Of a DNA stretch of 64,000 bases, positions 48,133 through 57,421 are shown piece by piece. How positions within the stretch are numbered: position 1 is the stretch's first letter; every line of letters begins with the position of its first letter. The notes beneath the pieces were generated by a model. The model searched no databases. It was not told where the DNA came from and saw nothing but the letters and a program-made list of their open reading frames with translations. A program made the position numbers and the translations under genes. The DNA comes from Aulosira sp. ZfuVER01 (GTDB lineage Bacteria; Cyanobacteriota; Cyanobacteriia; Cyanobacteriales; Nostocaceae): contig JAVRCV020000033.1 of assembly GCA_034530615.2 (NCBI GenBank), forward strand, positions 92,128 to 156,127, in the 5' to 3' direction.

Positions 48133-48215
48133 GTACCTAAGCAGATGCCCTGGACCTTTCTTGGCCATACAATGGAATTAAAGGATGCGATCGCTTTGAC
48201 CTGAGGAGGTGGGCG

Positions 48216-49856
48216 ATGTCCAGCTTTAGTATTTCTGGCAATATTGTAGATGTTCTCCACAAAACTATCTTTCCAGGAACAGTCTGCATTGAAGGGGGAC
48301 GCATTCACTCGATTCTGCGTCAAGATGGGCGAAACTACGACCAATATATCCTCCCCGGTTTTATTGATGCCCATGTTCATATTGAAAGTTCGATGCTTGT
48401 ACCATCAGAATTTGCTCGTCTAGCAACAGTGCATGGTACGGTGGCTACAGTTTCTGACCCTCACGAAATAGCTAATGTTTTGGGTATTTCTGGCGTGCGC
48501 TTCATGCTGGCCAATGCTACACAAACACCATTTACCATTGCTTTTGGTGCGCCATCTTGCGTTCCTGCAACTGAGTTTGAAACCGCAGGTGCAGAACTCA
48601 CCGCAGCTGAGATTCGCCAACTCTTTGAACAAGATGGCCTTTCTTACCTGAGTGAAATGATGAATTTCCCTGGTGTTCTAGGAAGAGATCCGCAGGTGAT
48701 GGCAAAAATCCAGATTGCTGAGGAATTGGGACTTCGCATTGATGGCCATGCACCGGGGTTGTGTGGTGAGGCGGCACGAAGCTATGCGGCTGCGAAGATT
48801 ACCACTGACCACGAGTGCTACACCTTAGAGGAAGCCTTAGACAAACTTGCAGTGGGAATGAAGATTTTGATTCGTGAGGGTTCAGCAGCCAAAAATTATA
48901 CAGCCCTACACAGCTTAATTGATTCCCATCCCGACCAATGTATGTTCTGTAGTGATGACAAGCATCCTGATGATTTGGTGCGGGGACATATCAATGAATT
49001 GGTGCGCAGGTCGGTAACACTAGGCCACGACTTGATGAATGTGTTGCAAATCGCCTGTGTGAATCCGGTGTTGCACTACAATCTCAACGTTGGACTATTG
49101 CAAGTTGGCGATGCGGCTGATTTGATTGTAGTTAACAATTTGACGGAATTTAACGTGCAGTCTACTTATTGTAAAGGTATCTTGGTAGCGAAAGAGGGTA
49201 AAGCACTATTACCATCTGTGACAGTTACACCCATCAACCGCTTTGCGACGCAACAAAAGCAAGTAGCAGATTTTCGCTTACCTGCAAAAGGTGCAACTGT
49301 ACGAGTAATTGAAGCGTTTGATGGACAGTTGATTACAGCAGAACAACACCTGTCGGCTCATATTCAAAATGATCGCGTCATTGCTGACTTGGAGCATGAT
49401 ATTTTGAAACTTGCAGTGGTGAATCGTTATCAAAATCTACCACCCGCGATCGCACTCATCAAAAATTTTAGATTGCAGCGAGGTGCAATCGCTTCTAGTG
49501 TTGCCCACGATTCCCACAATATTGTCGCAGTCGGCACTAGCGATGAGGAAATCTGCAATGCTGTTAATGCTGCGATCGCGGCACAAGGCGGTATTGCTGT
49601 CGCTGAAAATAGTCATGTTGAGGTACTACCCCTACCTGTGGCTGGACTGATGAGTGCGGCAGATGGCTATCAAGTTGCCAAACAGTATGCTGAACTAGAT
49701 GCTTGGGCAAAACGCCTCGGTTCAACACTTTCCGCACCGTTTATGACTCTTTCATTTATGGCGCTGCTGGTAATTCCTGAATTGAAATTGAGCGATAGGG
49801 GATTATTCAATAGTCAGGATTTCCAATTAGTGCCTTTGTGGATTAATAGCTTTTGA
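48216..49856 (+). CDS. ade: Adenine deaminase
   Basis: DAHVHIESS, DPHEIANV, EMMNFPG, DHEC, CSDD and SVAHDSHN motifs. Confidence 0.95.
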   Translation: MSSFSISGNIVDVLHKTIFPGTVCIEGGRIHSILRQDGRNYDQYILPGFIDAHVHIESSMLVPSEFARLATVHGTVATVSDPHEIANVLGISGVRFMLANATQTPFTIAFGAPSCVPATEFETAGAELTAAEIRQLFEQDGLSYLSEMMNFPGVLGRDPQVMAKIQIAEELGLRIDGHAPGLCGEAARSYAAAKITTDHECYTLEEALDKLAVGMKILIREGSAAKNYTALHSLIDSHPDQCMFCSDDKHPDDLVRGHINELVRRSVTLGHDLMNVLQIACVNPVLHYNLNVGLLQVGDAADLIVVNNLTEFNVQSTYCKGILVAKEGKALLPSVTVTPINRFATQQKQVADFRLPAKGATVRVIEAFDGQLITAEQHLSAHIQNDRVIADLEHDILKLAVVNRYQNLPPAIALIKNFRLQRGAIASSVAHDSHNIVAVGTSDEEICNAVNAAIAAQGGIAVAENSHVEVLPLPVAGLMSAADGYQVAKQYAELDAWAKRLGSTLSAPFMTLSFMALLVIPELKLSDRGLFNSQDFQLVPLWINSF

Positions 49857-49988
49857 AACATCTGGGGAGCTAGCACTCACCAATTATGTAAAGGTAGTTA
49901 AATAATCAATGCAATTTATTATACAAACTCAATTGTTACTTTGAATTGGGAAAACTAAGAAAATCTAAAATTACCCAGGTTTTACTTA

Positions 49989-51527
49989 GTGACAAATAAT
50001 ACGATTGGTGATTATCACACTTTACTCACATCAAGTTCTCAATTTAGTAACGATAGCAGTTTGTTATCAATAGTTAATCTGCTTGCTGACACATTGGGGA
50101 TATACATCCCTTCACAGCATCAAAATGGCTTAAAGAAAACCATCCTCGAACGAATCAACGCCTTAGGATTATCATCAGTTAACGACTACTACCAGTATTT
50201 AGTCATAAAAAAACGGCTGCTCCCTACTGAAGCAGAGTGGCAAGAACTGATCCTGCGGTTAAGTGTGACTGAAAGTTATTTCTTTCGAGATCGAGGACAA
50301 TTTGGGTTGCTGAAAAATCAAATTTTCCCAGAATTAATTGAGCGCAAACGACGGCTACATTTAGCTCAGGCTGCCAATGGACAAAAACCTACATTACGGC
50401 TGTGGAGTGCTGGCTGTTCTACGGGTGAAGAAGCTTACTCTCTTGCCATTATCTTAAAAGAGTTGGTCTTTGATTATCAGGCGTGGGATATTCGGATTCT
50501 GGGGACAGACATTAACCAATCTGCGATCGCGCTAGCTCAACAGGGAATTTACAGCGATTGGTCTTTTCGGACAATCGATCCAGCAATTAAAACCCGCTAC
50601 TTTCGATCGCACCGCAAAGACTGGGAAATCGATCCCAACATTCGGCAAATGGTCTCCTTTCAACCCGGAAATCTCATGCAACCCTTTCCAGATAGCCTAT
50701 CTGGAATTTACGATTTAGATTTAATTATTTGCCGCAACGTGTTTATTTATTTTGATTGCAGTGCGATCGCTCAAGTTATACAAAAGTTTTATCATTCTCT
50801 AGCACTGGGTGGATTTCTCCTTACAGGTCACACAGAATTGTACGGGCAAAAAATTGCGCCGTTTCAAGTTAAAAGTTATCCGCAATCTGTGATTTACCAG
50901 AAGGCAAACGACTATTTAGATCCTCGACTCTTTGAAAAAATCGGGGATCTCAATCCAACTTCTCCTCCACGCTCCAACTTGGGAGAAAAGCCAGGGTTTC
51001 AGCGTCAGCCTTCAGCCGAACAGGTCAGGGCAAACACGCAGCAAGCCCTTTGGGAGCAAGCGCAACGATCGTTCGCTCAAAAAGCCTATGCCGATGCCAT
51101 TCAAACTACAAAAAAACTGATTGACCTTGCTCCTAAACACTTTCAAGCACACTGTTTAATCGCAGAGGCTTACGCAAAATTAGGTCAATATTCCCATACT
51201 ATGCAAGCCTGTCAACAAGCACTCCAAATCAATCCACTAGCTATCGAACCCTATTATTTTTTGGCTCAAATTGCTGAAGAACAGGGTGATATTGAGCAGG
51301 CAAAATTATACTTAAAACGTATTATTTATCTAGCTCATGATTCTGTCTTTGCATATCTAAAATTGGGTTTTATCTATGAGCGCGAAGGAAATGCCAAACA
51401 AGCTCAAAAAACCTGGCGATCGCTTTTAGAAGTTTTGCGAGCTTTACCCCAAGAGCAAGTGATTGATTCTAACAATCAGCAAACTGTTGCTGAATTAAAA
51501 TTACAGATTATTAAGTACCTGAATTGA
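49989..51527 (+). CDS. cheR: CheR methyltransferase with C-terminal TPRs
   Basis: TESYFFRD, WSAGCSTGEE, GTDIN, CRNVFIYF and a TPR region. Confidence 0.92.
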   Translation: MTNNTIGDYHTLLTSSSQFSNDSSLLSIVNLLADTLGIYIPSQHQNGLKKTILERINALGLSSVNDYYQYLVIKKRLLPTEAEWQELILRLSVTESYFFRDRGQFGLLKNQIFPELIERKRRLHLAQAANGQKPTLRLWSAGCSTGEEAYSLAIILKELVFDYQAWDIRILGTDINQSAIALAQQGIYSDWSFRTIDPAIKTRYFRSHRKDWEIDPNIRQMVSFQPGNLMQPFPDSLSGIYDLDLIICRNVFIYFDCSAIAQVIQKFYHSLALGGFLLTGHTELYGQKIAPFQVKSYPQSVIYQKANDYLDPRLFEKIGDLNPTSPPRSNLGEKPGFQRQPSAEQVRANTQQALWEQAQRSFAQKAYADAIQTTKKLIDLAPKHFQAHCLIAEAYAKLGQYSHTMQACQQALQINPLAIEPYYFLAQIAEEQGDIEQAKLYLKRIIYLAHDSVFAYLKLGFIYEREGNAKQAQKTWRSLLEVLRALPQEQVIDSNNQQTVAELKLQIIKYLN

Positions 51528-51715
51528 ATAATTACTAATTCGTAATTCAAATAAAGATACAATCGCCTTAATTTATCAATGGATAAATAAAATACATAGC
51601 ATCAATCTTTCAAACCCATGTCTTCAGATATGAGGCAATAATTACGAATCAAGCTGACAACAACTCCGTTGTTTTTCAATTGAACGATATAAATTACTTT
51701 CCAAGGATTCAACAA

Positions 51716-53164
51716 ATGTTAAACAATTTCAAGCTCAGAGGACAAATATTTTTGGGATTTTCACTCCCCGTGACATTGCTGATTGGCTTAAGCGGACTGA
51801 TTGTTGTAATTGGCAATCAAACCGCCCAAACCTTTAAAGAAGTTGGACGTGTTCAACAGGTAATTATTTCAACGGATGACATGGTTTTACGAACATCGAT
51901 GATGGCTCGTCAGGCACGAGGGTATCTCCTAGTTCAAAATAACGATCCAGTACAAGAGTTTGATAAACAGAAACGACTTTATGAGGAGGCGGTAGCAACT
52001 GCAAAACCATTAATTGATGACGAGAAGCAAAAACAAGTTTTTGACCGAATGCTCAAACTTGGAGAAGAGTATGATGATATGTGCAAACAAACCTTCCGCC
52101 TGATTGAGCAAGGCAAGCTCAAAGAAGCCACAGATCTGTACTTGCGAGAATCGAAAGTGCTTGTGGGAGAGCTGGATCAACTGGGGGAAGAATTCAATAA
52201 GCGTGAGCAAGAAATTTTGTCTGGACTGACGCACAATACTATAAATTCAATGAGCTTTTTAATATTTGGCGCGATCGCTGTCGCTCTTTTAGGGCTGATC
52301 CTTTCGAGTGGAGCAGCTTCTCTGATTTGGGCGAAAGTAACTAAAACGGTGAATCGTTCGGTGGAGGCGATCGCTAGTTCTACATCAGAAATTGCCGCAG
52401 CAGTGGAACAACAGGAACGAAGTGCAAATCAGCAAGTAACGGCCGTCAGCCAGACTACAGCTACGATGGATGAACTCAAGGCTTCCGCACGACAATCGGT
52501 GGAGCAGGCTGACGCAGCCACAGTCAGCGCTCAACAGGTGTCTACTTTAGCATCCTCAGGAACTAAGGCAGTAACGCATAGTTTAGAAGATATGGCAGTT
52601 CTCAAACAGAACGTGGAAAAGATTACTGAACAAATTCAGCGATTGAGCGAACAAGCAGGACAAATCAGTGTCATTTCTACGTTAGTTGGCGATCTTGCCA
52701 GTCAAACCAATATGTTAGCTCTGAATGCAGCTGTCGAAGCAGTGCGGGCTGGAGAACACGGTAAAGGTTTTACGGTTGTGTCTGGAGAAATCCGCAAGTT
52801 GGCAGATCAAAGTAAGCAGTCTGCGGAAAAAATTCGCGTGCTGATCAAAGAAATTGAAACTGCGATTAATACCACGGTTTCTGTAACCGATGAAGGAGCC
52901 AGACAAGTAGAGCAAGGTGTAAAAACAGCTAAGGGAACGGCTGAAACTTTTGCTGGAGTTGCCGATGCCATTAGCACAATTGTCTTTAATAATCAGCAAA
53001 TTTCCCTGACTGCCAAACAACAATTGATCGCAGTTCAGCAAGTAGTTGAGGTGATGAGCAACCTCAGAATAGGAGCCGATCAAACAGCTTCTGGCATTAG
53101 TCAAACGAAAGTTGAAACTCAACAACTCAATGAAGTTGCCCTGAATCTCAAAGCAGTGGTTTAA
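51716..53164 (+). CDS. Methyl-accepting chemotaxis protein 1 (CHASE3-like sensor)
   Basis: TM-sensor-[25 protein letters not shown]. Confidence 0.92.
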   Translation: MLNNFKLRGQIFLGFSLPVTLLIGLSGLIVVIGNQTAQTFKEVGRVQQVIISTDDMVLRTSMMARQARGYLLVQNNDPVQEFDKQKRLYEEAVATAKPLIDDEKQKQVFDRMLKLGEEYDDMCKQTFRLIEQGKLKEATDLYLRESKVLVGELDQLGEEFNKREQEILSGLTHNTINSMSFLIFGAIAVALLGLILSSGAASLIWAKVTKTVNRSVEAIASSTSEIAAAVEQQERSANQQVTAVSQTTATMDELKASARQSVEQADAATVSAQQVSTLASSGTKAVTHSLEDMAVLKQNVEKITEQIQRLSEQAGQISVISTLVGDLASQTNMLALNAAVEAVRAGEHGKGFTVVSGEIRKLADQSKQSAEKIRVLIKEIETAINTTVSVTDEGARQVEQGVKTAKGTAETFAGVADAISTIVFNNQQISLTAKQQLIAVQQVVEVMSNLRIGADQTASGISQTKVETQQLNEVALNLKAVV

Positions 53165-53265
53165 AAAGGCAGAGGGCAGGAGGCAGAAGGAAATGCTGAT
53201 TTCTAGCTTCTGCTTCACCCGCTACCTAATGTCCTAACTCTGTAGTTTCAACATCCAAAATTGCC

Positions 53266-54276
53266 ATGAACACTCAATCCTACTTAATGTTCAAACTGAA
53301 TCACTCACGCTATGGCATTCCGGTTACAGCCGTGCAAGAACTCTTTTTTCTGCCAGAGATAACGGCGATCGCCAAAACTCCACCAGGCGTTTTAGGTGCA
53401 ATCAACCTGCGGGGAGAACTTTTGTCTGTAATCGACTTACATCAGCAATTAGGAGAACCCCGTTCGCCCTTTCAACTTACCGATAGTACGATCGTGCTGG
53501 AGTGGCAGACTCAACGGGTGGGAATTATCGTCAATCAGGTGGATGAGGTACAAGCGATCGCTTTGGCTCAAATCACTACTAACTTATATGGTGAGTCACA
53601 AGCTGGATTAACAGTCGGTATCGCCACTGTTGAGAATGAAATTGTGACGCTGCTCAATCCTGAAATACTAGTGCAGCATAGGACTGAATCGGTAAATGAC
53701 GCACTCAAACATACTAATGATTCAGGCTTTGCTCAGGGACTATACAACCATTTCGACGCACAGGCACGACAGGTTTTAAGAGAACGAACTTTTGGGTTGC
53801 AAGATGCGATCGCCGAGCAAGAATCTGTCGGACTGATGCCTTTAGCGGTTGTGGGTTTAGGCGGTGAATACTTCGGGTTTGAATTGGAAACGGTGCATGA
53901 ATTTACCGAGATTCATAAAATTACCCCAATTCCCTGCTGTCCCCCGCATATTGTCGGCAACATCAATTTACGCGGTGAAATTGTCACCTTGATCGATATC
54001 AGTGATGTAGTTGATTTGTCGATGAATGCAGTGCGATCGCAGCTACAAGCAGTAATTGTCCGCCTAGAACAAAGAGTTGCCGGAATTGCGGTGGATGACA
54101 TTTTTGATGTTGTCTACATTCATCCATCGCAAATGGCCACAATTCCAGTGGCCATGCATTCTGCTAAAGACGACTATCTCCAAGGAGTTGCACCCTACCA
54201 GGACAGGATGATGAGCATCATTAATTTGTCCAAACTTTTAACTTCAGACGTGTTAGTTGTAAATCAAGAAGTTTAA
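53266..54276 (+). CDS. cheW: Tandem two-domain CheW
   Basis: GAINLRGE and GNINLRGE motifs. Confidence 0.9.
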   Translation: MNTQSYLMFKLNHSRYGIPVTAVQELFFLPEITAIAKTPPGVLGAINLRGELLSVIDLHQQLGEPRSPFQLTDSTIVLEWQTQRVGIIVNQVDEVQAIALAQITTNLYGESQAGLTVGIATVENEIVTLLNPEILVQHRTESVNDALKHTNDSGFAQGLYNHFDAQARQVLRERTFGLQDAIAEQESVGLMPLAVVGLGGEYFGFELETVHEFTEIHKITPIPCCPPHIVGNINLRGEIVTLIDISDVVDLSMNAVRSQLQAVIVRLEQRVAGIAVDDIFDVVYIHPSQMATIPVAMHSAKDDYLQGVAPYQDRMMSIINLSKLLTSDVLVVNQEV

Positions 54277-54277
54277 T

Positions 54278-55732
54278 ATGCAATACAACTTTAAGCTTGG
54301 TCGGGTTGTGACGTTTGGGTTTAGTTCAGTGTTTTTGGTTATGGTTGTCATTGGCATTGTCTCCAAATTCACAACCAGCAAGTTAGTAGAGTCTAATGGT
54401 TGGGTCAGTCATACCTACCTGGTAGAAGGAAATCTAGAAGATATTACTAAGCTTCTGATCGATGCTGAAACTGGACAGCGCGGCTTTATGCTGACCCAAA
54501 AAGCCAACTATTTGGAGCCTTACCACAAATCTTTTGCCAATTTTGAGGCAACCTTTGATGAGGTCAGCAAGCTGATTCAGGACAACCCAGAACAATTAGC
54601 GCGGTTGAATCAGGTTAAGCGACTGGCACAAGAAAAAATGGCAGAACTAACCGAAACCATAGAACTGACACAAGAGGGAAAACGCCAAGCGGCAATGAAT
54701 ATTATTGTTTCCAATAGAGGCAAACAAATTATGGATGAAATCCGCGACAAACTGGCACAAATGACCCAGGTTGAGGAGCGCTTGCTGGCAGAAAGACAAC
54801 AGACAGCAAAGCAAACCGCATTCTTGTCAGATCTGGTTTCCTTGGGAGGAACTGCGATCGCGCTGTTATTTGGCTCATTGGTGTTGTTCTTTATTGCCCG
54901 TGAAATTGTGCGACCGATTAACCAAGTTGCTAATGCGATCGCCTCCTCATCCAATGAAATTGCGGCTACTGTCGAGCAACAAGAGCGCACTGCCACCCAA
55001 CAGGCAATTTCGGTCAATGAAACCACCACCACTATCAATCAACTCAGTGCCTCTGCCCAACAGTCTGCCCAACAAGCAGAAACAGCTTCTATCAGTGCTC
55101 AACAGGTTTTAAATTTAGCGGATCGAGGCAATCAAACAGTGACCCGCACCCTGGAAGGAATGATAGTTCTGAGCCACAAAGTGAATGCGGTGGCAGATCA
55201 AATGCTGCGCTTGAACGAACAAACTATGCAAATTGGCAGTATTTCTGAATTGGTAAGCGATCTGGCAAATCAGACTAATATGCTGGCGTTAAATGCTGCG
55301 GTAGAAGCAGTCCGGGCTGGAGAACAAGGTAAGGGATTTGCCATTGTTGCCGCTGAAATTCGCAAGCTGGCAGACCAGAGCAAGAAATCGGCACAAAAAA
55401 TTAATGGACTGGTAAACGACATTCAATCTGCCATCAACTTGACCGTTACCATGACCGACGAAAGCACAAAAACTGCTGCTCAAGGAGCGGTAATGACTGA
55501 GCAGACCGTTGAAGTATTTGCCGATGTCACGAATGCTGTTAGCAGTATGGTGCTAAATATTCAACAGATATCGCTCAATGCCAAACAGCAAGCCACTGCG
55601 GTTGAGCAAATCTTACAGGTAATGAATTCGCTGAATGTAGGTGCTAAAGAAACCGCTAGTGGTATCAGTCAGACTCGCGTTAGCACTCACCAACTCAACG
55701 ATGCTGCTGACAAGCTACAAGCTGTTGTGTAG
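54278..55732 (+). CDS. Methyl-accepting chemotaxis protein 2 (CHASE3)
   Basis: [15 protein letters not shown] and the MCP signalling tip. Confidence 0.93.
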   Translation: MQYNFKLGRVVTFGFSSVFLVMVVIGIVSKFTTSKLVESNGWVSHTYLVEGNLEDITKLLIDAETGQRGFMLTQKANYLEPYHKSFANFEATFDEVSKLIQDNPEQLARLNQVKRLAQEKMAELTETIELTQEGKRQAAMNIIVSNRGKQIMDEIRDKLAQMTQVEERLLAERQQTAKQTAFLSDLVSLGGTAIALLFGSLVLFFIAREIVRPINQVANAIASSSNEIAATVEQQERTATQQAISVNETTTTINQLSASAQQSAQQAETASISAQQVLNLADRGNQTVTRTLEGMIVLSHKVNAVADQMLRLNEQTMQIGSISELVSDLANQTNMLALNAAVEAVRAGEQGKGFAIVAAEIRKLADQSKKSAQKINGLVNDIQSAINLTVTMTDESTKTAAQGAVMTEQTVEVFADVTNAVSSMVLNIQQISLNAKQQATAVEQILQVMNSLNVGAKETASGISQTRVSTHQLNDAADKLQAVV

Positions 55733-55849
55733 ATCGGGCTTTCGCTAAATGCAAAAACCGGATGAATTCAGAAGTCTCATCATCAAGGATAGAACTGATG
55801 GAAACAGCTACGAATTTTTTACCTCATTTACCCTACTAGAGATAGACAG

Positions 55850-57256
55850 ATGGAAATTAAGCAAAATTGGAGACTGAGATACTGGATTATTGGCGGGTAT
55901 GCTGTGCCAGTACTAGCATTGGTTGTGTCTGCGAGCGTGACGCTTTTCAATATCAATATTGTCAGCCAGCGATCGCAAGATTTGGTTTCGTCTTATGACA
56001 TTAACTCATTGTTTAATGACGTGGCTGTTAATGTTCAAAGCAGTTCTAAATCAGTGCGCGGCTATTTATTAGAAAAGAATCAGCAATCACTGAATAATTA
56101 CCAGGAGTCCTACGCAAACCTCAAAGAATTTTTAGCAAAATTGATGAAACTTGCCAGAACTGAGCAGGAACGAAAGTCCTTGATTAAGCTTGAAGAGATG
56201 CTCCATCAACTGGCTCAGATCAATGATGATTTGATTGTAAAGGTAAATCAGGGCAAAACCAAAGAAGCGATTGAAACCTGGAGCAAGAAGAACGCACTAA
56301 CTCTAGTAGAGAATATCACTACTTCGGTTGAAGAAAAGCAGCATCAAGAAGACCAAAGAGTTGCAACTGCTACAAAGCAACAGCAAGATGCGATCTCCCT
56401 TCTAAAAGTGACGATTGTATTCGCAAGTGGAGTATCGTTGCTGTTATCAATTTTGATTGGGATCTGGGTAATTCGCCGAACTGCCCAACAAATGAACGCC
56501 TCAGCCAGTGCGATCGCCTCCTCTACAACTGAAATTGTCACAACGATCGAGCAGCAAGAACGTACTGCCCTTCAGCAAGCCACTTCTGTAAATCAAACCA
56601 CTACCACAATGGATGAGTTGGCAGCTTCCTCACGCCAGTCTGCGGAACAAGCAGAGGCCTCCGCCGTTGGTGCCCAACAGGTGTTGCTACTAGTCGATGG
56701 TCGGACTCAAGATGGGCAAACTAACCAATCGAGTTTGCGTGAGAAAGTCGGAGATATCGCCAGCCAAATTCTCCACCTGAACGAACAAACCAGCCAAATT
56801 GGTATGATTTCCACCCTTGTGAGCGACTTGGCAAATCAAACCAATATGCTGGCATTGAATGCGGCTGTAGAAGCAGTACGGGCAGGGGAACAAGGCAAAG
56901 GCTTTGCGGTTGTCGCTGCCGAAATTCGTAAACTGGCAGACCAGAGTAAGAAATCAGCCGAAAAAATCAATGCACTGGTCGTAGACATTCAACGTTCGAC
57001 GAATTCCACTGTCATAGTCACAGATGAAGGCACTAAAACCGTGGAAAAGATTGTCGATGCGATGAAAACCATCGCTTTGAATGGTCAACAAATTTCTCTC
57101 AATTCCAATCAACAGGCGATCGCCGTTCAACAGGTTGTAGCAGCGATGAACTCGCTCAACATTGCTGCTAGAGAAACTGCCTCTGGCATCAGTCAAATTA
57201 AAGTTGGCACCCAACGTCTTAACGATGCTGCTCAGAATTTAAAAGACATTGTTTAA
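55850..57256 (+). CDS. Methyl-accepting chemotaxis protein 3 (shortened signalling domain)
   Basis: TM-sensor-TM and MCP tip; lacks 14 residues relative to MCP1/2. Confidence 0.9.
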   Translation: MEIKQNWRLRYWIIGGYAVPVLALVVSASVTLFNINIVSQRSQDLVSSYDINSLFNDVAVNVQSSSKSVRGYLLEKNQQSLNNYQESYANLKEFLAKLMKLARTEQERKSLIKLEEMLHQLAQINDDLIVKVNQGKTKEAIETWSKKNALTLVENITTSVEEKQHQEDQRVATATKQQQDAISLLKVTIVFASGVSLLLSILIGIWVIRRTAQQMNASASAIASSTTEIVTTIEQQERTALQQATSVNQTTTTMDELAASSRQSAEQAEASAVGAQQVLLLVDGRTQDGQTNQSSLREKVGDIASQILHLNEQTSQIGMISTLVSDLANQTNMLALNAAVEAVRAGEQGKGFAVVAAEIRKLADQSKKSAEKINALVVDIQRSTNSTVIVTDEGTKTVEKIVDAMKTIALNGQQISLNSNQQAIAVQQVVAAMNSLNIAARETASGISQIKVGTQRLNDAAQNLKDIV

Positions 57257-57421
57257 AAAAATACCATTTTCGATTTGGGATTTTAGATTGTCAATTGTTT
57301 ATTAACATAAGATTTTTAGCAATCTATCTGTTGAAATCCTTTACAAATTAGTATAAAGAATCACAAATAATCCTAAGCTAAATTCGCAATTCCCAATTCT
57401 GAAGTAACCGGAGCTAACCCC

